DNA of 64,000 nt, taken from IMG/VR virus record IMGVR_UViG_3300045988_175722, positions 40,206 through 104,205 of that record, one strand, 5' to 3'. Shown here in pieces: positions 9,870-17,996 of this stretch. Both the position numbers and the translations under genes were made by a program. The notes beneath the pieces are model-generated. The model saw only the letters and a program-made list of their open reading frames with translations. It ran no database searches and had not been told where the DNA came from. Position 1 is the stretch's first letter, and every line of letters begins with the position of its first letter. Source of the DNA: a virus.

Positions 9870-9906
9870 TTTGTCCCCGCCATCCAAAAATTAAGTATTA
9901 ACTTTG
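9870..9906 (+). promoter_or_regulatory. bipartite promoter P1
   Basis: TTTGTCCCC, then a 25-nt gap, then TAACTTTG. It lies 31 nt upstream of the ATG at 9937. Confidence 0.45.
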
Positions 9907-9936
9907 CAAATAGAAAAATAAAGATTTATAGAGAAT

Positions 9937-10407
9937 ATGACAGAATTGGAACAATATGAACTCCTGGGGGAGTTGAAAGACCTTGCAGAATGGATGCAAA
10001 ATAGCGCACCTGGTTTCGATGTAGAGGAGTATAGATCGCTCGAAGAGCAGATAAAGAGTCTGAATCAGGATTCGGGTGATTTCTATGAGGTCATTATTGA
10101 AATCCATTTTAATAATGGCAGATACATCATTCTCCACAATCAAGCCTTTGAGGCTTTGGTGCAGGATTCATATATAGGTGATGAGATTGATGCTACGTCG
10201 AAGGATACGGTGATAGGAGTTACATACACAGACCCAGAGACAGACTATACGCAGATGGTGATTCCTATCAGTTCCATCTGCTACATTTCTGCCTACACCC
10301 AAGAAATCAAGTGGCAGGAGCGATGGGATGCACTGAGCAGAGATAAGAAAGATGACTGCATTGCAGCCTTCGACAAATGGTATTCCAAGAGCCAGCAAGA
10401 GAAATAA
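9937..10407 (+). CDS. hypothetical acidic protein
   Basis: 156-aa ORF lying 31 nt downstream of a TAACTTTG -7 box. Confidence 0.5.
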   Translation: MTELEQYELLGELKDLAEWMQNSAPGFDVEEYRSLEEQIKSLNQDSGDFYEVIIEIHFNNGRYIILHNQAFEALVQDSYIGDEIDATSKDTVIGVTYTDPETDYTQMVIPISSICYISAYTQEIKWQERWDALSRDKKDDCIAAFDKWYSKSQQEK

Positions 10408-10602
10408 GAATTTTTCATTCTTCTAAATAATATATATAATAGTTTTCAATCTTGTTTTATAAGATAGTTTTTATTTATAATGTATTTAGATTACCTAAGC
10501 CCTCCTTCGTTGTGATAACGCGGGAGGCTTCTTTAGTCAAGGTCAAACGTGTAATAATGTAGTTTTTGTATTCTTACAAATAATTGGTTTTGTATAAAGA
10601 AG

Positions 10603-10633
10603 AGGGGCGATTGTCGTGATGACAGTCGCCCCT
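10603..10633. terminator. bidirectional hairpin between convergent genes
   Basis: AGGGGCGATTGTC GTGAT GACAGTCGCCCCT, a 13-bp stem with one mismatch. It is T-rich on both sides and lies 15 nt from the terL stop. Confidence 0.55.
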
Positions 10634-10647
10634 TTGTTCTTTACTTG

Positions 10648-12651
10648 CTATACGTTCCTTCCGTCCGGCAATACGAACCAGCCGATATTGCCTCGCCAGA
10701 ACTTGCAGCCAAGATATAAGGAGTCGAAGGCATCAGTGAAGTCTGTTCTCTGCTGCAACGGCAGGTTGTCTTCCGTCTCCGCTTTCTTCTCCTGACTTTT
10801 ATCCTTTCGGAATCCCTGGTAGCCGATGCTCACTTCACAGAGCTGCATGGCGATAATCAAATCGGGGTTCTGAGTCTGATTGATACGGATGGCAGGATAT
10901 TCTATGCCGGCAAGAGAATTATTGATAATGCGATGTTTCACCTCGTGCTTCTCCGGCACACCCATATCTATCGCCGTCACATTCCATCCATTACGCTCCA
11001 ATTCTTTAATTACAGCCTGATAGAATCTCTCATCAGTCAGTGCATACGATGCACCCTGCTTGGCGGTGGCATCGTAGAAGTAAACCACGTCTCTGTTGAT
11101 GGCTCTCTTCGGAGCATAGTAATGCGAGAAATCATCTACCAACTCCCTCAGTTTGCGCTCGTTCTTCACATAAAAACTCTTGATAACATTCACTGCCTCT
11201 ACTCCGTCACGCTGATATACCTGGCCTACCACCAGGGTATTGATGTTGGCATTATAGTCAAATGCGAGATAGAGAGGAAGGTCGTTCACGCAGTCAGCAT
11301 CCATACGGCAATCGTTTCTCTCGGACAGTTCCTTCAAGTTCGGCTGATAACTTTCCGAAGTAATCTTCTTGCCGCCGATGATACCCATAGCCTTCTGGGT
11401 GCTCCAGTTGGCTTGACTCAGAGGGTCTATTCCCTCGTCAGGAATATAACCGTGAACATGATCTATATCCAGATTAGAATAGAAACCATCGTTCGATTTC
11501 TTGATTTTTACGTTCAAAATACTGACCATGAAGGTGTAATTAGGCAAATCTCGCTTCATGGTGCGGATGTAGTCTTCACTCAATAAGTCCACATTGTCGA
11601 GGGTAGAAGCACGCCTAACGAGAAATGCCGAGCGGCGAAGCTCTCTCAGTTCGTCTTCCCGAAACTCTTTTGATTTGTCGAACTTTTGCATCTCCCACCA
11701 TTCTTCATCAGTTACCAGATATTCGTAATCATAGATGAGTTCTGCATCCGCTGCATCCACCAGCTTGTAGTTTACCGCCATATCCACCATGTTCTTGGTG
11801 AGCTGGTTGCCGTGGTTAGGCAGAATCTTAAACTGCCCCTCGTGCTTAATCATCTTGAGGGCGATGGCACGTATCATCAATCTCAAATCGGGTGGCACGG
11901 CATGAGGGGTATGCCCGGTCTTTTTGGCATTATAGATAAGGTCGTTGTAACGGATAATCTTGTTTGCATAGTCTTCCAACTGCTCCTGCACCCATCGGTA
12001 AGTCTTGCCTTGAAATTTACCTGATTCTATCGTAAGGTCAAGTTTCTCCTCCTCGCGCTCCAGCCAACTGCCCTTGGTAGTAAGCGAAGCATCAGATAGG
12101 AATCTTGTCGATTTATAGAGTGGGTTGTAATCAGTAAAGTTGATGTTGCCCAAGGGGTGAGTCTGGCCTGATAATGCCGGCATCAACTCATCGGTTACTT
12201 TCTTGTAAGGGAAGAACCTGGCTTCGTCACCTACCATCGCGGAAAAAGTGTAACTGTTGGCACTTGCGGTCTGCGAGAGGGAGATGAGCACCCACTGGGC
12301 ACCATTCGCAAACCAAATAATATTGTCATAGCTTTTCGGCTTAAAGATAGCCTCACGGGCGTGCTTCGGTGGTCGTCCCCAACCGAAATGAATGCCCTGC
12401 GTAAAGCCGAACATTCTCTCCATGGCAGCCATGGTACCAGGAATAGTTTTGCCGAATCCCTGCTGCCGTGATACGGCTACCCAGGCTCCCAGCATACCGG
12501 GCATAGAGTTAGAAGCCATCCAGACGTAAGGAGCCACAAGACCGTCGGTTTTACCCACACGTCTTGCGGCAATCACCCTTTCATCCTTCGCAGCCATATA
12601 TAATGACTGCTGCTGGAATTTGGTTAGGTATATCAAATGTGGTTGTTGCAT
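10648..12651 (-). CDS. terL: terminase large subunit (putative)
   Basis: 667 aa with a Walker A-like RRVGKTDG and a Walker B-like MVGDEARF. The size is typical for TerL. No search was run. Confidence 0.65.
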   Translation of the reverse strand: MQQPHLIYLTKFQQQSLYMAAKDERVIAARRVGKTDGLVAPYVWMASNSMPGMLGAWVAVSRQQGFGKTIPGTMAAMERMFGFTQGIHFGWGRPPKHAREAIFKPKSYDNIIWFANGAQWVLISLSQTASANSYTFSAMVGDEARFFPYKKVTDELMPALSGQTHPLGNINFTDYNPLYKSTRFLSDASLTTKGSWLEREEEKLDLTIESGKFQGKTYRWVQEQLEDYANKIIRYNDLIYNAKKTGHTPHAVPPDLRLMIRAIALKMIKHEGQFKILPNHGNQLTKNMVDMAVNYKLVDAADAELIYDYEYLVTDEEWWEMQKFDKSKEFREDELRELRRSAFLVRRASTLDNVDLLSEDYIRTMKRDLPNYTFMVSILNVKIKKSNDGFYSNLDIDHVHGYIPDEGIDPLSQANWSTQKAMGIIGGKKITSESYQPNLKELSERNDCRMDADCVNDLPLYLAFDYNANINTLVVGQVYQRDGVEAVNVIKSFYVKNERKLRELVDDFSHYYAPKRAINRDVVYFYDATAKQGASYALTDERFYQAVIKELERNGWNVTAIDMGVPEKHEVKHRIINNSLAGIEYPAIRINQTQNPDLIIAMQLCEVSIGYQGFRKDKSQEKKAETEDNLPLQQRTDFTDAFDSLYLGCKFWRGNIGWFVLPDGRNV

Positions 12652-12703
12652 ATTTTAAAATTTTGTTATCCTGAATGTATGTTGATTTAGCCGCGTCCTT
12701 GCG

Positions 12704-12738
12704 CCCGTTAGGCGTTCCTGCGGATTTGAAATCCGCAG
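12704..12738. repeat. dispersed partial copy of the IR-A/IR-B unit
   Basis: CCCGTTAGGCGTTCC followed by CTGCGGATTTGAAATCCGCAG. Confidence 0.7.
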
Positions 12739-12759
12739 ACATGCCAGTTTTTTACAGTC

Positions 12760-13041
12760 TTAGAGAAATTTTGCGGGCTGGCAATCATCGATTAGCTTGC
12801 GTGTTTCTTTGGCACACTCAGCCACGCATCTCTCGACTGCCTCGGTGATGTCTTGAATTTGATTCTCACGCATATTGCCGTATTTATCGCAAGTATCGTT
12901 TATTATTTTGTAGAGAACCTGATTTTGTAAAGCCTCCATATAATCTACGTACTCCTTGCAAGTACTGCGCCGAGGTGCTTGCACCCATTTAAGGAAGTCC
13001 TGTTTCCAGTCTTTCCATGTTTTTATTTTTATTACTATCAT
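12760..13041 (-). CDS. hypothetical protein
   Basis: 93-aa ORF in the leftward operon. Confidence 0.45.
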   Translation of the reverse strand: MIVIKIKTWKDWKQDFLKWVQAPRRSTCKEYVDYMEALQNQVLYKIINDTCDKYGNMRENQIQDITEAVERCVAECAKETRKLIDDCQPAKFL

Positions 13042-13047
13042 TGTTGC

Positions 13048-13371
13048 TTACATTTTAAATTGTCGTTTCAAAAACTGGTTGCTCTTTATGAGTTCTATCA
13101 TTTCTTCTTCTGAGTGTACTCCCTCCCAGAAGAGTTCGGTATGGTCTCCGACCCTATCTTCATCTACAGAGAAAGGCACGCCATAGTTAGTATAGGTTTC
13201 GCCGTGGTGTTGAATCAGGTGACGACCTGGATTTTTCCGGATGTTTTCTATCCAGACTTCATTATCACACTCGCACCATTTATTATACTCCTCTCCTGTC
13301 AGTGTCATATCAATACCGATAGGGTAGTGCCCGGAGCACCCATTGGTTCCGAAGTAAATAATCTTTGCCAT
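13048..13371 (-). CDS. hypothetical protein
   Basis: 107-aa ORF in the leftward operon. Confidence 0.5.
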   Translation of the reverse strand: MAKIIYFGTNGCSGHYPIGIDMTLTGEEYNKWCECDNEVWIENIRKNPGRHLIQHHGETYTNYGVPFSVDEDRVGDHTELFWEGVHSEEEMIELIKSNQFLKRQFKM

Positions 13372-13383
13372 AATTTCGCAGAT

Positions 13384-14154
13384 TTAAAATAGGCTAGGCT
13401 GCGCCATTTCGAGCTGAATACGCTTGCAAGCCTTGTCGTAATATTCTTTGTTCAGCTCAAAGCCGATGAAGTTCCTCTTTTCTCTGATGCAGGCGATTGC
13501 GGTAGTTCCGCTGCCCATGCAATTATCGAGAACGCACCCCCCCACATTAGTATAAGTACATATAAGATACTGGATAAGAGCTACTGGCTTTTGCGTAGGG
13601 TGGAAGGTATCGGCAGAATGTTCTTTATCAAAGCAGATAATGCTCTTTGGGAATTTTTCATCTGATACGATAGTAGGCACTTCTTTATGGTCTCCATAAC
13701 AGCCTCGCTTCAAACTATGCGAGCCATCTCCCCTTCGATGATTCCTTTGATGTGGCGCACATTTTACCATTTGAGGATTGTAGACAGGTTGTTTTCGATA
13801 AAATACAGCAATATCCTCATGTGAGCGCAGAGGCATCTTGTTGGCATTCAGAAAGCCTGTTACCCGTTGTTTGCTCCAAATAAGATTATATTTCCAGAGT
13901 TTCGGCTGCGACATCATAAGTTGTGCGGTAAACATACCTTGGCAGAAAAGGATAATGGCTGCATTGGGTTTGGTTATGCGCAGATATTCCTTCCATAATG
14001 GCTCAAGCGGGATAATGCTATCCCAGCCACCGCCCTCACTCTTTTTATTGAGAACGCCATACGGCAAATCGCAGATAATGCAATCCACGCTTGCGTCCGG
14101 AATCTTTTTCATTCCTACCAGGCAATCCTCATTATAAATCTTATTTAATTCCAT
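13384..14154 (-). CDS. DNA methyltransferase, N6-adenine/N4-cytosine class
   Basis: Motifs DLPYG (DPPY-type) and FHPTQKPVALIQYLI...VLDNCMGSGTT (AdoMet binding). A coding-strand G7 tract at 13537-13543 is in frame. Confidence 0.85.
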   Translation of the reverse strand: MELNKIYNEDCLVGMKKIPDASVDCIICDLPYGVLNKKSEGGGWDSIIPLEPLWKEYLRITKPNAAIILFCQGMFTAQLMMSQPKLWKYNLIWSKQRVTGFLNANKMPLRSHEDIAVFYRKQPVYNPQMVKCAPHQRNHRRGDGSHSLKRGCYGDHKEVPTIVSDEKFPKSIICFDKEHSADTFHPTQKPVALIQYLICTYTNVGGCVLDNCMGSGTTAIACIREKRNFIGFELNKEYYDKACKRIQLEMAQPSLF

Positions 14155-14174
14155 CCTCTATAAAACTGTTTTTA

Positions 14175-14772
14175 TCAATTAAACCATTTTAGAATAGTTT
14201 CTCCTTTATATCCTTTTTCCCAGATAAACCAGGCATAGGCTTGAGCGCTACCAGCCATTGCATCGAAATCGCCATTGGCAGCACATTTCAGTCGTGAACT
14301 GCTTACCCATACTCTGCATGGAGGCTGTGTTCTAAACAGATGCCTTCTTCCTTTCCCTTCAAGAAAAGTAAGTTTTAGAAACATAGCAACCTTTCTTCCT
14401 TTCGGAATAATCTGCAAAGCCTTTTCCACGAACTCTAACGCAAATCGGTATGGTGGATTGGTAACAATATCTCCATTCCATTCTATGTTGTCGATGGAAA
14501 GAAAATCTGCAACATCACCATAACCTCTATCTATCAAGTCACGGCTGACTACATCGTAGCCATGAGCCTTTAACACTTTGCTAATATGTCCTTCGCCGCA
14601 GGAAGGTTCCAAAATTACCCCCCCCCGTAAAATGCTCTATCTTACAGAGCCATTCGGTAGCTGCGGGTTCTGTGGCATAGTAGTCTTCTTTTTGGCGCTC
14701 ACCATTTTTGTGATTGCTAGCGCCCAAAGTCTTAAACACGGCAGCCTTGCCGCCTACCCAGTCTTTTGCCAT
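14175..14772 (-). CDS. N6-adenine DNA methyltransferase, interrupted by a frameshift at a G9 tract
   Basis: Track ORFs 14581..14772 (…YYATEPAATEWL…EHFTGGG) and 14175..14612 (EPSCGEGHI…TNPPY) are two halves of one MTase. They join as TGGVILEPSCGEG if the tract at 14618-14626 had 8 rather than 9 nt. Confidence 0.75.
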
Positions 14773-14805
14773 AAAGTCTATAAACTATTAACTATAAATT
14801 ATTAA

Positions 14806-15033
14806 CTATCTTAACTTTCCAATGTGCCATTTCGAGCACACCTTGCACTGATAAGCCGTATATCCTGCAGCCATGATTTTTTGGTGCAGCTTCAGAAACT
14901 CGCAGGCTTCATCTTCACTCTCGTAGGCAACCTTGGCTTTCCAGCCGTGACTGCTTTTCCTCGTCCAGTGTTCCGGATCAGGACGGAAGGGAGGTATCTT
15001 GTTGGGATGATGATTTCCGTATCGCTTACTCAT
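14806..15033 (-). CDS. small zinc-finger-like protein
   Basis: 75 aa with a C-terminal YQCKVCSKWH. Confidence 0.45.
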   Translation of the reverse strand: MSKRYGNHHPNKIPPFRPDPEHWTRKSSHGWKAKVAYESEDEACEFLKLHQKIMAAGYTAYQCKVCSKWHIGKLR

Positions 15034-15811
15034 CGGCTGGTTCCTCCTTCATTTCTTTAGCCTGCTGACCAGCCTCCTTCTCTTCCATCACCTCTTCCAT
15101 ATAGTCGAAGTAATCAGGAGCTTTTTCCGGAGTAGCATTCAGACTCTCCTCATCGGCTATCTGCTGCATATCCTTCACCGTAAGACCGTACTTGCGAGCC
15201 ATCTTGCGCTTATACTCATCGGTATAGTTGATGCGGTCGTGCTTCACGATGCTAACATCCTGCGTAATGGCAATGCGGCTCATATCCGGCATCTCATCCG
15301 TAGCATCCTTATCCTCCACGAAGTTGCCATATACATTAGCCAGGGCTTGCATACCCTTATCCACCGCTCGGTCGTTGTTCTGCTGTTTGCCGGTACGAAT
15401 CAGCCATTCAGCGCTGCTCAGATACATCGCCTTGTGACGAGGGCTTTCATCGGTCTGGAAGAAACGGATGATGTGGTTGCATACCGCCACATCATTATTC
15501 AGTTCCGTAACCGTTCGGGGTTTGATATTTCCTTCCTCGTCAATATCAATATGCAGCGCCATCACCATCTCCTGCGCCTCTTTGTTGCCCTGTCCTGCCT
15601 GGTTCACGAAGAGCGTATAATCGCGCCGTGCGATATTGCGGCAGGTGGTACGCGGGTCTATATCGTTGTTCTGCACCCATCGCTTGTAGAACTCGGCACA
15701 AATCTGCATGCGGTACCGCTGTTCCAGTTTGGGGAACATCGTCTCCATGCTGAGACCATTGGATAGCCACTTATCTATCCTCTGCAGGGTGTTTTGCGTT
15801 AATTGGCTCAT
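15026..15811 (-). CDS. hypothetical protein, first gene of the leftward operon
   Basis: 261 aa with an acidic C-terminus. Its position would suit a small terminase or DNA-binding protein, but no motif supports that. Confidence 0.5.
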   Translation of the reverse strand: MSQLTQNTLQRIDKWLSNGLSMETMFPKLEQRYRMQICAEFYKRWVQNNDIDPRTTCRNIARRDYTLFVNQAGQGNKEAQEMVMALHIDIDEEGNIKPRTVTELNNDVAVCNHIIRFFQTDESPRHKAMYLSSAEWLIRTGKQQNNDRAVDKGMQALANVYGNFVEDKDATDEMPDMSRIAITQDVSIVKHDRINYTDEYKRKMARKYGLTVKDMQQIADEESLNATPEKAPDYFDYMEEVMEEKEAGQQAKEMKEEPADE

Positions 15812-15851
15812 TTTGCTTTGCAGTGTTTAATGTTATTTTTATATCTGCCCA

Positions 15852-15888
15852 CAAAATTACGAAATCACCCCTAAATGATTGGGACAAG
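15852..15888 (-). promoter_or_regulatory. bipartite promoter P8 (leftward)
   Basis: On the minus strand: CTTGTCCC, then 25 nt, then TAATTTTG. Same architecture as seven + strand copies. Confidence 0.45.
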
Positions 15889-15896
15889 GGGGATGC

Positions 15897-15984
15897 AGTT
15901 GATAGTTGATAGTTTATAGTTAACAGCATCCTTGCTCAAAGGCGCTAGCTTCTATAAACTATAAACTGTAAACTATCAACTATA
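15897..15984. promoter_or_regulatory. operator-like inverted arrays of GATAGTT/TATAGTT heptamers
   Basis: The left arm is GATAGTT GATAGTT TATAGTT. The right arm is the reverse-complement array CTATAAACTATAAACTGTAAACTATCAACTAT. It lies between divergent promoters P8 and P2. Confidence 0.5.
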
Positions 15985-15986
15985 TT

Positions 15987-16023
15987 TTTGTCCCCGTCTT
16001 AGGGCAAAAATATTCTACCTTTG
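15987..16023 (+). promoter_or_regulatory. bipartite promoter P2
   Basis: TTTGTCCCC, then a 25-nt gap after the TTTG, then TACCTTTG. It lies 47 nt upstream of the ATG at 16070. Confidence 0.45.
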
Positions 16024-16069
16024 TATCGTATTAAAGACAACATAGGATAACATTAAAAAGAAAAAAGAA

Positions 16070-16696
16070 ATGCAAAGTTTAATTCCAACCCTTACCAGGT
16101 TTCTTGCAGCCATCATTGGCTTGTTGTGGTGTACACTGGAACCATCCCTTAACTACATCGCCGTATGCTTCTTCGCCCTTATCTGCGACTGCTACACGGC
16201 TTGGCGGTGCAACTGCCGCATCTATTCCCGCTATCGGGAGGCTATCAAGAAAGACCCTCGATGCAAAATCGACGGGAAACTGAAATCTAAGAAAATGGCA
16301 AAGATGGTGAAAGATTTCTCCGTCCTCATCCTTGCGATATTCTTGGCCACGATGGTAGATACCGTGATACTCGATTTTCAGAACCCTTTCCATCTCGCCA
16401 ACTATCTTGCTGCTATCTATTGTGGTGTGCAGCTCGTAAGTATTCTCGAAAACGAGAGTACCTGTAATGGGGCACCCTGGGCAAGAGTGATGCAGAAGAT
16501 TGTGGCCGATAAAACCGAAAGGCACTTCAACGTGAAGCTGAAAGACTTGATGAAGGAAGAAGAGGAGGACAGCGAGAAAGAAGAGGTAAAGGATAAAGGT
16601 AAGGCAGATACAGATAATGCAGCCAAGCCGGATAATGGTGCAGATAAAGATGAGTGGATTCCGTCGAAATTAGGTGGAGATGCTTATGATATATAG
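16070..16696 (+). CDS. holin-like membrane protein
   Basis: 208 aa with several TM segments. The QLVSILENES motif resembles phage holin family 4, and the tail is acidic. Confidence 0.5.
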   Translation: MQSLIPTLTRFLAAIIGLLWCTLEPSLNYIAVCFFALICDCYTAWRCNCRIYSRYREAIKKDPRCKIDGKLKSKKMAKMVKDFSVLILAIFLATMVDTVILDFQNPFHLANYLAAIYCGVQLVSILENESTCNGAPWARVMQKIVADKTERHFNVKLKDLMKEEEEDSEKEEVKDKGKADTDNAAKPDNGADKDEWIPSKLGGDAYDI

Positions 16697-16758
16697 TGCC
16701 AACAACTCTTAATTTCTGTACGCCATCAGTTAATAATGTGTTAAAATCCTTTTGAATT

Positions 16759-17361
16759 ATGACAATATCAAATGTTTTGGAACACTGGGCTACGATATAC
16801 AAGCCCTTATCCCATGACCCGACAAGCAAGAAGCTGGAGGATCAGAGTTTCTTTCGCATTCGTGATATTGATGAGGAAAATATCTTTTCCCGAAACGCCA
16901 ATATCATTCACTCTCCCTGTATGCTCTATCGTGTAGTTAACTCCGGAGAGCTAAAATCGGATAAGCAAGCCCTGATTACCTATCAGGTCTGCTTCCTTAC
17001 CCGACTGAAAGATTCCTCTGCTACGTTGGGCAGATATGATGGCAGCAAATTGCAGGCTGCATCGGATGATCTGATGGAGTATTGCGAAGACCTCGCCTCT
17101 TATCTCACTCAGCTTCGCCGCACGGGTATCTGTCCTATCACTGGCAGAAACTTCAAGACGGAAGAGCCTAAGTTGGGCATAGAGTTATCATCCGTCGATA
17201 TAGAGAGTTTTGCCTATGGTGTAAACCCTCTTTTCCGTGGTCCGAGCTGGCTCCTCGCTGATTGCTATTGGCAGACCATCCGTCCGCTCTATAACTTCCA
17301 ATGCGGGAAGGAGCAGAAATATATCATTCCTGCATCAACAGAAGACGGAAAGGAGGGATAA
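16759..17361 (+). CDS. hypothetical protein
   Basis: 200-aa ORF upstream of the tape measure gene. Confidence 0.5.
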   Translation: MTISNVLEHWATIYKPLSHDPTSKKLEDQSFFRIRDIDEENIFSRNANIIHSPCMLYRVVNSGELKSDKQALITYQVCFLTRLKDSSATLGRYDGSKLQAASDDLMEYCEDLASYLTQLRRTGICPITGRNFKTEEPKLGIELSSVDIESFAYGVNPLFRGPSWLLADCYWQTIRPLYNFQCGKEQKYIIPASTEDGKEG

Positions 17362-17364
17362 GCT

Positions 17365-17919
17365 ATGCCTATCAGAACCCAACCCATCAAGTCGCCTTTT
17401 GCCCCCTTAAAAGAGGTGGCAGGTGTATATCTGAAGCAAGCCCTTCTTGATATAGAAGTTAACTTCAATACCCAGAAGATTTATCCGGTAGAGGTATATC
17501 GTGGCTACGAGAAGGTGAATAAATATCGTGAGGAACACGGCATGTGGTACTCTACGGGTGAAGGCAAGAAATCCTTTGAGGGTACGGTATATCAGGCTGA
17601 TGAAAAGACGGGTAATCTGATGGTAGGAATCCGTTATAACGATTATCTCCGCTATGTGGATATTGGTGTAGGTTTGACGGGTGATCCTCGTGACCCTGCA
17701 GCCCATATCACTGCCGATAAGGTGGACCGCTCGAAAAAAGCCAAGTTCAAAACCCGCTATATCGGCAAGTGGGATAGAAGGGCAGGTAAATCTCACCGTC
17801 CTGCCATCATGCGAACCGTCCGCAGGTTGAAAACGAGATACGAAAACCATCTTGCCGATTACTACGGCTATCAAGGCTTGTTACAGATAATGAACGCCCT
17901 GGAAGACAAAGGCGATTAA
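17365..17919 (+). CDS. hypothetical protein
   Basis: 184-aa ORF upstream of the tape measure gene. Confidence 0.5.
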   Translation: MPIRTQPIKSPFAPLKEVAGVYLKQALLDIEVNFNTQKIYPVEVYRGYEKVNKYREEHGMWYSTGEGKKSFEGTVYQADEKTGNLMVGIRYNDYLRYVDIGVGLTGDPRDPAAHITADKVDRSKKAKFKTRYIGKWDRRAGKSHRPAIMRTVRRLKTRYENHLADYYGYQGLLQIMNALEDKGD

Positions 17920-17928
17920 CCCATCTCG

Positions 17929-17958
17929 CCCCCGTTCCCGGTGATTCCATCGCCGGTC
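17929..17958 (+). repeat. gene-boundary hairpin element copy 2
   Basis: The stem variant CCGGTGAT/ATCGCCGG has a compensatory A>G with T>C change plus a U-G wobble. It lies between the stop at 17919 and the TMP start. Confidence 0.85.
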
Positions 17959-17996
17959 TCATATCCCCCAAAAATAAACATTAAAAATAAAAAGCA

